A stretch of 64,000 nt of DNA from contig NC_087436.1 of NCBI RefSeq assembly GCF_036321535.1, positions 89,964,001 through 90,028,000 of the forward strand, read 5' to 3'. Shown piece after piece: positions 1 through 12,845 of this stretch. The notes below the pieces were generated by a model. That model searched no databases. It was given only the letters and a program-made list of their open reading frames with translations, and was not told the DNA's origin. The position numbers were made by a program, and so were the translations under genes. This stretch comes from Camelus dromedarius (taxonomy: Eukaryota). How positions within the stretch are numbered: position 1 is the first letter of the stretch; every line of letters begins with the position of its first letter.

Positions 1-689
1 ATAAATAAGATTTTCTTTTCTTTAGCTAGACTCAAGTTCATCATTCTATTTGTAAACCAGAAATCTTGCAGTTTTCTTGTTGGATCTATTCTTTTAATTT
101 AAGGCAATATTGTTTAAATGAGTTCCTCTTGATTATTGCTATTATTGCTAATATCACTGAAATTAAATGCTTTTAAATGTCAAAAAGGTATAATAGCAAA
201 GCAATTTTTAACAACATGGCAAGTTCTCATACAGTATTTCTCAACGCTTGCCACACTACAAAATTACCTGAGGACTTTTAAAAATCATTGGTCCTACCCT
301 CGTTGGAATCTTATGTGAATGAGGGGTTATGAGAAAGTTTTTAATCTGCCTAAGCCATGGGTCTACCCTCCAGCCATGTGTCATGTTTTCATTTTATAAA
401 CCTATCATGTTCATGGACTCCTTCTAACCTGTTTCTTTTTTAGAGACTTCTGCTTGCTTGTCTATAGCTTTTAGTTTAGTCTATATTAGTAAAGAAAAAA
501 AGAAAAAAAATTAAATAAAAATTTAAATGAACAAGTTAGTTTTGTACATAATATAGTGAATTTAAGTTGCATCAAAACTTATATAGCCAAGTATTCATTC
601 TTGAAATTTCACTATCTAATCAATTAATTAAAATTACTCTTACTCTCAATTTGTACCCACAGACCTGTAGTTAATTATGAACAATGTGA

Positions 690-727
690 GTATATATATA
701 TATATACACACATATATATATACATAT
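690..727. repeat. (TA)n/(CA)n compound microsatellite
   Basis: tatatatatatatatacacacatatatatatacata read directly. Confidence 0.85.
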
Positions 728-1994
728 AAAGTTATATTCTCATTGTCATTTTCAGCCTATGCTTTTTAATAAAATATTTTAAAAAATACTTATTATAACT
801 TTTTTTGCTATTTCCCTGAAGTAAAGTATATTCAATTTAAATAATGAGGTGAGTTGTTTACAGTTTCAAATTCTCATATCAGTTCAATTACAGCCAGCAC
901 AGAACTACATTCTTCAACTCTACTCAGCTAGTTTCTCCAGTGTCAATTTATAGTCCAGGCTTTGTCGAATTCATGTAAATGAAAGTGTGGTATAAATTGA
1001 AGCATTTATGTCATTTTGCTCTAAAGAATTCAGAATGGGAGGAACTGTGGCTTCAAGGGATTTTCTATGGAGTTAAAAGTTTTGCCTTACCTTTAAATTG
1101 CAAAGCCAAGGCAACTGCTGAGAAAGCAGTAAGACTCAAATAATGGTAGTCCTTGAAGACTGTTGCACTGCCAAATGGAGAAGGCTTTATATTTTCAGGT
1201 CTGTAGTCAATATTAATTAACTCTCTAATTATCAATATTATCTGTATCAGAGATTCTCAGGTACAGAGAGAGAACTAGAAAAATGAAAAACCAGATTCAA
1301 GTAGTAAAAATAGCACTAAGTCCCTCAGCTGCTCTGTGAAAAAATGTTGAATTATGTCCAATGTTCTTGGTTTAAGAAATCAGGGAAACTTTAAAAAATT
1401 ATGAACTTTCTCCATCAATAACTGCAGTGAACATTTTGGGGCTTAATTATTTAGGATTCATTTACCTAGAAAATTTGCACCACTAATGGCTTGAAATAGT
1501 ATAACATCTCTTCTATTAATGGAGAATTTCTAAATCATGTCTTAAGATGTAGAATAATGAAAACAATTGTAAACCAATGATTGAAGCAGATCAGTTTTGA
1601 ATTGTTCTTGCACTCACTGAAAGTTGTTTTACTTTCTAACTAAAATACATATGGAATGCCAGATAAATGGAAATATCAAAGAGTGTATCACTACTTAAAA
1701 GTCATTACGCCTGTCCTCTTAACCAGCTTAAAGGAGATTTCACGAGTGTGTAGAAGGGGTCACCCTAAGGCTTATCTCAAAGTCCAATCCATTCCAGACA
1801 ACTGTATTTATACCAGAGGAGAAAAATATTTATAATTCTCTAATTTTTTAAAAACTTTACCTCATACTGATCATTGCATTCCTCTTTTCTATAAGCTGGT
1901 ATCCTATCCAGTAATTATATTGAACTTTTTCACTACTTTAGGGAGCTTTAGGTAGTGCTGTTAAGGAACTATTTTACTGAAAGTCATATCTTGT

Positions 1995-2350
1995 TTACTG
2001 AAGGTCACAATTTCTTTGACTAAGCACAAAGGCAACTTCCAACTAGTCTGAGCACAAAAGGAACTCAGGGAAGGGATATAAGATGTCTCATAGTGAGCCA
2101 CAAAGCCCCTGAACTCAGGGGAGGTAGAGCTGGGCTGTGGACTTTACCAATGCTCTGTAATAACTAGATTCACTGCCTGCGTAGCTCAGTTTAAACTCTT
2201 GAGTAAAATCATTTGATAGGAGCAGTTTGGCCTAATCAGCTATAAAACCTAGTGTGAAAAAGATAAGCACAACTTCTGGGTGTAGCTCTCTGCAGGGAGA
2301 AAGGCAGTGCCCATTGAAGGGGGAAAAGCCCAGCATATACCTCAAAACAT
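1995..2350 (-). mobile_element. Highly degraded MaLR (MLT1-like) LTR fragment
   Basis: Motifs such as caactagtctgagcacaaaaggaa and atttgataggagcagtttgg resemble the reverse strand of old MLT1 LTRs. Very diverged. Confidence 0.35.
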
Positions 2351-2938
2351 CGGCTATTATGCTTAAATAAGATTTTTTTTACTTTGAAAAAATCCAAAAA
2401 TGAAAAAAAAATTTAAAAATAATGGAAGAAAGTGGAAAAGGACTATCATTCTCCATACTCACATAAATCATTGGGTTTTCTAATTGATGGAAGTCAACTA
2501 CTTAAGGATGATATAATTCGTAACTAAACTGTTAATGTTTAATGGTCTGCATAGTGTACATAACATAAAAATACAGACTAATATGCAGGAGAGAGAAAAC
2601 ATGTATTTCATATATTTTGTTATATACAGCTCTATTACCAAAGGTACTCAAGCCTAGATTACATTGGGGTGATAGGCCATCTACTTTAATACATTTGCAA
2701 TTGCCCCATTAGCACAATGTTTCAGTAAGTATGGAGGTGATTTGCCTGGTGGCTCAGGTAAATGGGTCATGATTGATAAGTGGGGTCCTCCTAGGGGACA
2801 ATTTCATTTTACCACCTAGGAATTTATTATAATTTATATTCTGATAGAAAAAGTGCTTTTTATATAGAAAAGTGAAAACAAGTTATGTTTCCATCATAAA
2901 AGGTAAGAGAGGAATATTCCAGAAGTGTCCCTCTTCCC

Positions 2939-3276
2939 CATTTTTTATTGCAATAAAATATACATGACAAAATTTATTATCTTAACCATTTTTAAGTATA
3001 CAGTTGAGTGGTATTAAGTATATTCATATTGTTGTGCAATTATCACCACCATCCGTCTCCAAAACTCCTTTCCTCTTGCAAAACTGAAATTCTGCCCCCA
3101 TTAAACAATAACTCCCCATGACCCCCTCCTCCCAGCCTCTGGCAACCATCACTCTATTTGTTTTATCTCCCCTTTTCCACCATGCCCCAATCTTTGGTAA
3201 CACCAATCCTATTCTCTATTACTATGAGTTCAGCCTTATAAACTGCATTTTATTTTTTTAAGATTCCATATGTAAG
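2939..3276 (-). mobile_element. Old L1 (L1MA/L1MB-like) 3' UTR fragment
   Basis: A T-rich tail is followed by cttaaccatttttaagtatacagttgagtggtattaagtatattcatattgttgtgcaa...ctggcaaccatcactct, the typical antisense 3' end of ancestral eutherian L1. Confidence 0.85.
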
Positions 3277-4589
3277 ACAAAATTTTCATGTCACCTTTGT
3301 TGTAACAGATTCAGTAAAGGAGGAACTGACGTTTCAAAGAACTTCCTATGGAGTTAGAGGTTTTACTTTCTCTGTTTCCTAACCAAAGTGATCCATGACT
3401 GGGAAGAGACTGAAGATTAATGTCAAACAGAAATTATTCCAGCAAATAATATTCCAGGACAATTACAATCAACAGATTCAAACTGCAAGAACAAGACCAA
3501 AACAAGAGGGTGAAGAGATGGGCAGAACTGGAGTGGAACTGGAACATTTGTTGTAAATGATGGGAATGAAGTTCCTATTGATGACCAGAATAGAAGTAGA
3601 GTATCTTCCTGTCTTCATTACCATTATGCTCATAATGAGTATGGGTAACAGTAATATTGGGTAAAATAGATAACATGAAATAAAGTTATGAAAGGAGAAC
3701 ATATTTTTTATTTTAGAGATTAGCAGAAGACAGTGATTAAATAATTAGTTTTGGAATTTGAGTAAAGAGAAGTAGCAATCAAGATTTGAAAACTTCTGTT
3801 TTCAAAAATTAGGACTTGTCATTTACACTCAATATAAATTTTATAGCTAAATATGGGTTTGATATATTACTGCTTCTTTCTTCAAATGTTATAATTAGGG
3901 TACTTTTTATACCATATAAGAAAGTTTAATGCAGGAATAGTGATCATATTCTACTTATTTAATATAAGTTTAACTTGATTTGATTAGCATATTTCAAGAT
4001 AGTACAATACTAATTTCTGAAAGAATGATTTCATAATTTCACTTTCTGCTCAAAAGAATGTTCTATTTATATAGGATGTCGCTATTAATGATGTGTTATT
4101 AGAGCTTCATTATTGTAATTTCTATAATATTGAACCTCACTACTTTAAATTTGGAATTATAGATAATATTACAGTAACAATAGAACTGAAACATTAAACA
4201 ACAATTTATAATTTATTATTTGATTTGAGCAAAGCATAGACAAACTTTGATAACACTTGATAACCTATATTGGGCAAAGTTAGTCTCCACACCATTTCTT
4301 GTTTGCCTCTCTCAGCTATCCCACAAAAGGCATTAATTATATTGGAGGAGAGAAGTCCTATTGGATGTCTGTTTCTTTCTATAGGGAAGCTAGTACTATT
4401 TGCACACCCTTTCCACTGACCTGGACACTGCATGAAGCTCCAAATAACCTTTGTGAAAAACCTGTGTCTGACTGCATGCCCCTGTGCTCATCACTGGGCT
4501 CCTATGTTGCCCACAATTACTCAATATTTGTTTTCTCCATTAGTCCATAATATTTTTACTGGCAGAGATTATACTCATCTTTTTCAAAG

Positions 4590-4820
4590 CTTTTGATTGG
4601 ATTTCAGTGAGAATTGTTGAACCTGTGTGTTGTTTCTTTTATTAGTTTTTCAGTTATTATTGCTTTAAATGACATTCTTTCTCCTCTATTTAATTTCCCC
4701 TCTCTCTGGAGTGCCCATTATATATATGTTAGATATTTCCACTCTATCCTCCATGTTCCTTACCCTCTCTTTTATGTTTTCCATGTCTTTAATTCTCTAT
4801 GTTGCTTTCTAGATAATTTT
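4590..4820 (-). mobile_element. Degraded L1M (L1ME-like) 5'/ORF1-region fragment
   Basis: Pyrimidine-rich antisense motifs (ctctctggagtgcccattatatatatgttaga; ctctatgttgctttctagataattt) resemble the ones at ~20100-20250. Confidence 0.5.
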
Positions 4821-4911
4821 TGGGGGGCTAAGGCTAAATAATTTGCCTAAAATCACATTTGTAATTTTTCAAATGTCATGGTCTTTCCATTAAATTACAC
4901 AGTGGTACTAT

Positions 4912-5804
4912 TCTCCAAAGAAGACATACAGATGGTCAACAGGCACATGAAAAAGTCCTCAACATGGCTAATTATTAGGGAAATGCAAATCAAAACTACA
5001 ATGAGTTATCATCTCACACTGATCAGAGTGGCCACCATCAAAAAGTATATAAATAATAAATGCTGGAGAGGGTGTGGAGAAAAGCGAATACCTTGCACTG
5101 TTAATGGGAATGTAAATTGATGCATCCACTATGGAAAACAGTATGGAAAAAAAACAAAAATAGGGTTACTATATGATCCAGTAATCCCATCCCTGAGCAT
5201 CTATCCAGAAAAGATGAAAACTCTAATTTGAAAAGATACATGTACCCCAATGTTAATAGCAGCACTATTTACAATAGCCAAGATGATAGAAGCAACCTAA
5301 GTGTCCATTGACAGATGAATGGACAAAGAGAATGTGGTATATGTATACAATCGAATATTACTCAGCCATTAAAAGAATGAAATAATGACATTTGCAGCAA
5401 CATGGCTGGACCTGGAGATTATCATACTAAGTGAAGTCAGACAGAGAAAGGCAAATGTGATATTACTAAAATGTGGAATTTAAAAAATCGTACAAGTGAA
5501 CTTATTTACAAAACAGAAACAAAGTTACAGACATAGAAAACAAGCATATGGTTCCCAAAGCTGGGGGAAGGTTAAACTGGGAGTATGAGATTAACAGATA
5601 CTCACTATTATATATAAAACAGATAAACAACAAGGACCTACTGTATAGCACAGGGAAGTATATTCAATATCCAGTAACAACCTATAATGGAAAAGAATAA
5701 GAAAAAATACATATCTATTCTTATATATATACATGTATCTGAATTACTTTGCCACACACCTGAAACTAAGACAATATTGTAAATCAACTATATGTCAATA
5801 AAGA
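4912..5804 (+). mobile_element. 5'-truncated L1 (cetartiodactyl-type): ORF2 C-terminus + 3' UTR, with decayed target-site duplication
   Basis: Translation [45 protein letters not shown] matches the L1 ORF2p C-terminus. 3' UTR contains agataaacaacaaggacctactgtatagcacaggg and AATAAA. Flanks aaattacacagtggtactat (4892-4911) and aaaatacacaatgattctat (5805-5824) match at 16/20. Confidence 0.95.
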
Positions 5805-6744
5805 AAAATACACAATGATTCTATAATTCTCTTGCCTTGAAAAGAATGAATGTAAATTATTTACATGTTTACTAAGATTTTACAAAAATCATGTGTTAGC
5901 CCACCAGGAACCTCCAGGATCAAACTCCAGGATCTGAAGCAGAGAACTAGGGAAGGAACCCATAGCAACAGTCAAGTGGATGCCCTCAGATCTTTTCCCT
6001 GAGGATTTTGTTTGATTAATTTTTTGCATGTAGCCTCAGTTATATAAAACAGCATGGGCAAGTGAATGTCACTGTTTAAAAACGACGTTTTGGCATTGCT
6101 TTTCCTATGCTCTCTATTGCAGACTTCAGTTATCTGAATGTAATAAATGTTCAATAAATATTAACAGATTTCTTGACTGAATAAGTCTTTCAAAAGAAAT
6201 TCTGGAAGTTGACTTCAGCCAGATTCTACTTAAAGCTTAAAGGGCAAGGACTTCATCTTGATGATGCAGCAACATTCAATCTTCTATCATTGTCTGTGAT
6301 AGTTGTGCCTTCTATTACTCAATTGAATAACAAAAAAGAATCAACTAATTACAGAGATAAGTGCCTAGAAAGCATCTTAAGATTGCACACATCAGGATGC
6401 AGTTGTGGTCATTGTGATAGTATTTGTTATTAAAAAAAAATTGTAATTAACTACTCATGGAAAAACTGCAAGTATCTCTATAAACATTGTGCCCATTTCT
6501 GAAGCATGAAACTATTTAAAAAATCCAGTGCCTGAAATGGATGATTACTCAAAGTAATAAAATTTAAATGGATTGATTTTGATTTTAAAAGGAATTAGAA
6601 TTACTGCAGATAATTTTAGAAGAAAATATACAGGAACATGAAGGGTATTCATCTTGTATGAGCTGTGCTAATAGTTTACAGGGCATTAAAGGTGTCTTAT
6701 TCATAAATAAAAATATACATAATTATTTTATGGAGTAAATATAC

Positions 6745-7300
6745 TATATTAATCAGATTTCAGTTGAAGAAAACAGCCCCACTATTTTAAGCAGGAAACT
6801 GTTTGTTACAGAGTTTTAAAAAACAGCTTACAGAATTGTGGTAAGGTTAATAAAATAGAATATGGGATGAATTTACAGGAAAATTCTCAATATCTTCACT
6901 GTAGGACCAGGCCAGCAAGGCTATTACCTCTCCTATGATGAAAAATCACTGGCCCAAAATCTGTTAAGACCATAACTACAATCAAGAAGACCCCCAGGCA
7001 GGAAACTAGTATGATGTTGCTTGGTCCAGAAACACATTGTGCTACATATGGTCTTTACCAGAAAATTCATGCTGAGTCCTGCCTCTTAGCATCTATGAGG
7101 TTAGTGACTGACTGGGATGTCTGCTATTGCTGCCACAGTAAAATCAACCACGTTAGCACTCTGCTTACCAGCAGAAACAGCTGAAACAATAGAAGCACAG
7201 TCTTCAGATTGCACCTGTCTTTCAGATCTCACAGAATTGCACCTGATTGGTCAAACATGAATCGCCATAACTTGAGCTATATAACATTTATCTTTCAAAC
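6745..7300. mobile_element. Ancient LTR, LTR78-like (copy 1)
   Basis: Starts tattaatcagatttcagttgaagaaaacag...ctattttaagcaggaa, resembling the recalled LTR78 consensus. Shares blocks with 9640-10200. Confidence 0.55.
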
Positions 7301-7849
7301 GTCCAAAATATAAGAAGTCATCCTACTGTCAGTTTACCATTTGACTGCTCTGTTTCCATAAATAGCCTTCTTTCCACACTTAAATTTATTTAAAAAAAAA
7401 TAAAACACAATAGAGAAAACAATAAGCTAATATCATACATAATGAAACCATCACTGAACAGCAGAAATATTTTCAACAGCTCTCCTAAAGGAAAAAAGAA
7501 AAAAAGCATTCAGTCTCTGGGAAGCATTCAGTCTCAGTATTCATTAGTACAGTCACTTCTGTGTTGACATTCTATAATGATATAAAGCCTAGCTCTACAA
7601 CCATAGGCTATGTGAGATATGGGCAAAAGGAAGAGAGAAAAGAAGAAAAAAATCTATATACAACAGGGTAAGAAAAAAATCATGAGTAAATACTTCTATT
7701 GTTTTCCAACTAATGATGAAACTATGCTTCAAGATGATTATAACCTTCCTCCTTTTCTAACCGTTTCACTTTTTTGTTGTTGTTGTTGTTGTTCTCAGCC
7801 ATATTGGAAGCACTATCAAGTCATGCCTCTCAACTTATATAGGTCCCAG

Positions 7850-8693
7850 TTGGAGGGCCCTGACAATTACAAATAACACTTTCTTTCCAAGAGAACCAAG
7901 TATGCTCCAGGACTATAATTCTTCTATGGATACCAGGCACTAACTTGCTTTCCTCCAAAAAACATGGTGAATTGTACTTTAGAGGCCTTCAAGTATTTAA
8001 GGAAACATTGTCAGTAGATCATTTAGCCCTCAGATTATAAAGCTTTTTCCAAAATGAGGTTATCCTTGATTGTTCAGAGGGGCTTCTTGGAGAGATAACT
8101 GACTCATTATTTATATCTGTCCTGAGGGCAGTTTATCCTTATAATGGGAGTCATTTAATTAGAAATGGTGGTAGGAAGTGTGTTTCCTGACTTTACCTGA
8201 AATGATCAATGACATTACCTTGACCAATAAAGACATTCAGGTCATCCTCAACTCACTGGCCTGGGCTGTTAAGGATGATGTAACAGTCCTATATTTTCCT
8301 CCTTGAGGGCCAGGCCAGACTCTGTGCAATTGTTAATACATTCCATTCTACATAGATTAATGGCTCAGGACAAAGGGAAAGGTTTGCACAAAAACTTAGA
8401 GAAAATTTCCTAGGCTTCTTAAAGGTAGGCCTCAATGGTTTATGGGATTTGTTCAGCTGGTTGGGTTTGAGGACCTGGGAGACCACGGTTGTTTTCAGGA
8501 CTGCAGGTTTGCTTTGCCCTGCTTCTTGGAGTAGGGTTGATGATAGCCCTAGTCAAAAGCTGTGTGAGACAAACTGATCAGATATAATCCAATCCTTTAT
8601 CAGCCAGATTTATTAGGAGAATAAATAAAGTGGCACAGACTCACAGGAAAAATCAACAGAAGCCAAGAATTTGTAGCTCAAGAGGCATATCTT
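7850..8693 (+). mobile_element. ERV1 (MER31-like) internal remnant containing decayed gamma-type env TM region
   Basis: Manual translation of ~8200-8480 with one frameshift gives EMINDITLTNKDIQVILNSLAWAVKDDVTVL..FLLEGQARLCAIVNTFHST*INGSGQRER..GLWDLFSWLGL. This aligns to the gamma-env immunosuppressive domain and CX6CC pattern (SLNSLA.VV.DNR.ALDFLLA.QGGVCAI.NT.CC.WIN.SG). It lies directly upstream of an LTR. Confidence 0.8.
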
Positions 8694-9191
8694 TGTGAAA
8701 CAATTCTCCATGAGTCCCTTACATTTCATTTCTGCACCTTTTGTCAGCAAAGGCAATGGCTGCCTTTGTCACAGACTATCTTTACAAATATGTTTACATA
8801 ACAAACCACCTTGGCAGATAAAGACAGTTGCAAAGTCAAGTTGTTTACAGTCTGATATGATAAATAATGTCTTTCTTTGGGGCAAAATCATGCAGGTTTA
8901 TTGCCCATTACAAAAGATTGACATTCCCTAAACTTGAAGTTCCTCTCTTAAAATGAAACCTATTGTGTGTGCAGGTGTCTCTTGAATCTCTTTTTGTTGC
9001 TCTGTAGGAATTGGGGCTCAGGAAATGTATCCAAACATGATGATATGCTGGCTATTACTACAATTTTGAGTAAAAAACTGTCTTTTGTCTCTGACCCCGG
9101 AATTTCATGTCTCCTGCCAGTATTCAGAAAACTGTGGCTGGCTAACTTATTAGCTTGTAGGGTAAAATCCTAGACTTCATAGTTTTTGACT
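8694..9191 (+). mobile_element. ERV1 LTR, MER31-like (3' LTR of the remnant)
   Basis: tgtgaaacaattctccatgagtc...gcctttgtcacagactatcttt...ctttgtctctgaccccggaa...ggctaacttattagcttgtagggtaaaatc...ttttgac closely follows the recalled MER31 consensus. Confidence 0.85.
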
Positions 9192-9224
9192 AATAACAAT
9201 TATTACAATAATAATAGTAATGAT

Positions 9225-9460
9225 GAAACTTACAAATAATAAAAATGCACTCCCTGCCAGACATCTTTCTAGGCACTTTAAATATATATATTTATCTTCA
9301 TAACAAAGCTATAAGTTAGGACTATAATACAGATGAGGAAAGTGAGACAGATAAATAATAACCTGCCAAAGACCACACAGATATTATATGGTAGAACCTG
9401 AATTCAAACATAAGTCATAAATCTCTAAAGTCTATGATTTCAACCAATCTCATTCACTAT
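9225..9460 (-). mobile_element. MIR SINE
   Basis: acagatgaggaaagtgagacaga...aacctgccaaagaccacacag is the antisense MIR core. Confidence 0.75.
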
Positions 9461-9639
9461 CTCTCATAATTCAAGTAACCCATTTAACATTGCATGTCAT
9501 AGACTACCCATAGCCCAGCTCATGTTAGTAGGAAAATTGGCAACTTAAAACTGAGCCAAGGCACCTAATCAACTCCAAATTCTCATTTCCTTAAGAATCT
9601 ATTACTTTCAAGCACTCTTGTCACCAGTTATTTCATCAA

Positions 9640-10200
9640 TCATTGTTAAGATGTATACCAAAAAAAGCCAAGAATGTATTTCTTGTAGCATATGAATTGC
9701 ACAGAGACTCATTGGAAGACTGCAGAAGGAAGCTCTAGGTTAGGAAAGTCTCTCAAAGATGTGCTGCAAAACAGCTACCAAGGGAGGTGTTACCTCCCCT
9801 AGAATCAGGGAGCCACAGATGCCAAAACTAACACCACTGCCACAATCAGCTATGTAACTGTCATTATTAGTAATTACCATTATCTTTATCATTATCAGGA
9901 AAATATCTGATGCCTCCTTTCAGGGTCTATGGAGACAGAAGAGTGGGACTACTGCTAGTATTACTATTAAAAAACCCCCAAATCTCCTAGACTGTGCTTC
10001 ACTAGAATAAACAGCAGAAGCAAGAGGTGCCCTTGATGTTTTGGTTTTCACTTTTCAATTCTTCTGTAAGTTTATCTGTTTGGTTGAATCTAAATCAAAT
10101 CTAGATTAGCTGCGTAAGAGTCTGAAAAACAAAGATGCCAACCTGGCTCCCTCAGAGTACGGTGGAGTGAATGTTGAGAACTATTCCACCAAACTCTCAA
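9640..10200. mobile_element. Ancient LTR, LTR78-like (copy 2, same orientation as copy 1)
   Basis: tcattggaagactgcagaaggaagctctagg...gttacctcccct...aaacagcagaagcaa; homologous blocks to 6745-7300. Confidence 0.5.
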
Positions 10201-12287
10201 CAAAGCACTGATTTCTCATAGGGTATACATACAATCATCTGAAAATAAACCGCAGTGTTAAAAAATCACAATTACATGCAAACAGGTCTTTTTTTTTTTT
10301 TAATTAAATAGCTAGTAAGCAGCAGAAAAAGATCTGCTACTTAGATCTCTACTTAGTTCCTGATGCCTTCCTGCTACTCCCAGTGCAGGTAGGTGGGTTT
10401 GGCACTACCTTCTGAGCTCTTCCACGTAAACTGTTATGAAAAAGAAAGTGATTTGAGATGATGTATGTCAATTCTTTAAGGCAGGGACAAGAAATTTTAT
10501 CTGCCACATTTTGGAAAGACTAGGAAAGGATGATAAACATGGGCAATGCAATCTATTTGGTGAGAAGAAACTAATGGACTGGATATTAAAATATGATAAT
10601 GTCAGAAATCAACAGTATTTCACATTGGTTTTGCTCATTAGCAATTAAGTAGATCTAAAATAAAGAGGGGATTGAGAACTCTCAGCTAGAGTTCTTTAAA
10701 AAATGCAAAACAGCCTGCATACAGACCACAACTGACGCTCTATAAAACTATTGAAAATGTAGAAATGTTTGGAGAATTGAGTTATGAAATGCCTTAGAAA
10801 TGTACATTGGGCAAAAGTGGCCAAAAAAGGGTCCCAGAATGATAGCATTCTTCAAGCTAAAAAAGACATCAGAAATGAAATGCTGTACATACTAGATAAA
10901 TTTCCATTGCTGTTATGTGATGATTTTGTGGGTAGTGAAGAGAGAAATTAAGGGCATGGTGCAATCTGTCCCTGAGAAGATTCATTGTGAAGTGCTCTCA
11001 AGAGAATAAAAGGGAATAATGAATGCATGAGAAGGGAGCAGTTTGTGAAGCAAAATATTGATGAACTAAGAAGGGACAACTCTTAGGAAAGAAACCAAGC
11101 CATGGGAGGCAGGTGATTTTTAAACTTCAGTTTCTTATTGAAATATAGGAGAGAATGAACGTGAGGCGATTCTGAAATTCTAATTATAGGGAAATCTATA
11201 ACAATCACCTTTGCAAACACCTTTAAATGTGACAGTGGGAAAGATTTTTAAACAAATAATTTTCAGGTCTATTGAAAAGATAATGAAGTGTGTAGTTCTT
11301 TCTTGGCAGGGACAACAGCTCACTCTGTCCAGAAAATTATAGGGCAAGGAATACAGAACTCTTGGGCTTCATTAAGAAGCCCACAGCATTCTGTCTACCA
11401 GGAGACAAGTAGCTGCCGGAACAGAAGGCCCAGAAAGGCACCCGCATCTTGCTTATTTGCCGTTTCATTCAAATATGATTGTAAGCGTTTTAAATTATTC
11501 TCTCATCTCATTCTCAGTAGAGAAAAAAGAATGTTCTGTGTATGTAATGAATCCAGCTGTTCACGTAGGTTAAGAATAATGGGATGAATGGGTATGCATA
11601 TTTAAAGCTATCATACAGAGACAGAGAAGTTATTTGTGGTGTAACAATGACAGACTGAAAGTCAAGAAAAATGAGATTTGTCTTGTTGAGCTTCTGAGCA
11701 AGCCGATCACAGCTGCATGTGTTTTCACTTTTTATGCGACTGCAATTACTACTCTTTGGCTATTCTGAGAACTCCATGGTAAACTCACATCTGGCATCCT
11801 GAAAGACATTTTACTAATCAGATGACTTTCTGACTTAATATTATATTTTAGGTCCAGATTTTTTTGCATGAAATAAAAACTTTAGAGGCTCAATAGATAT
11901 GCACCCCCACCTCTTTGATACTGGAAATCAAAGAATTACATTTTCTGAGAACTAAACCCTAGAGTCAAACAAGAAGTTTCAATGTCATATTTAAAGGGCA
12001 AGATATCTTCCAGGTCATATGGATAGAAATTGATTACAAGTTTTAACATTTCTAAATAGTAAATTTAAATAGAAGTGTTGTTGGTTATTCACGAAAGTCT
12101 AACCAAAGTAGATCCTTAGAAGGAAACATCTGCAGTACCCATCCTAACTCTACCCCAAAAGAGAGAGACTTAGCAAACACTGAAGAATATCCTTGTCCCT
12201 GAGTATGGGCAAAATCATGTCTATTGTCAGATGGTTGCGTCAGGCAAAGTAAGCTTAATTTAGTTTAATATTCAATTTAGCATATTC

Positions 12288-12845
12288 TGTTGTTCTGATT
12301 TCTTACTAAATTGGGTGCTTTGGCACCAGTTCCAAAGTGTGTGTTAGGCAGTGGGGGGTTTCCCCACACACATCCTAAACAATGCTTGGTACACTAGCCA
12401 GCTGTCCTGCAATTCAACTCAATTCTGACACTACCCAGAGATAGTTTTAGATTCCACAGGTTAAGGGTTCAGTCTTATAAGACCTCCCCTCCTTACAGCG
12501 CCCACCCCCCACTTCAAGTACCAACCATAAGCTCTGGTTGTCACCTATACTTTTGACAGACCAGCTATAGATAGGCATTTCCAATGACCCCCACCTGGGA
12601 CTTCAGAAGTCATTCACGAGTCTAGGCTTTACATATGCTCTGACCAACGGGCTATAAATCAGAGATTCCCAAAACTCTGTCCTCAGGTTTGATTAATTTG
12701 CTAGGACAGCTCATAGGACTCAGAGAAACATTTTACTTACTAGATAATTAGTTTATTATGAAAGAATATAACTCAGGAACAGCCAGATGGAAGAGATTTG
12801 TAGGGCAAGGTATGAGGAAAGGGCATGGAGCTTCCAAGCTTTCTC
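12288..12845 (-). mobile_element. MER21-family LTR fragment
   Basis: caattcaactcaattctgacacta...gattccacaggttaagggttcagtc and ggtttgattaatttgctaggacagctcataggactcagagaaacattttactta are characteristic MER21 antisense motifs. Confidence 0.85.

Noticed and set aside
3480..3660. Purine-rich, exon-like stretch
   Set aside because: Short frames end in stops, there is no convincing acceptor, and the peptide is unrecognisable.
7850..8693. Domesticated syncytin-like gene
   Set aside because: Multiple stops and frameshifts, a lost CX6CC motif and no intact SU region.
10540..11250. Possible CR1/L3 or other ancient LINE fragment
   Set aside because: Purine-skewed, but I could not match a diagnostic motif.
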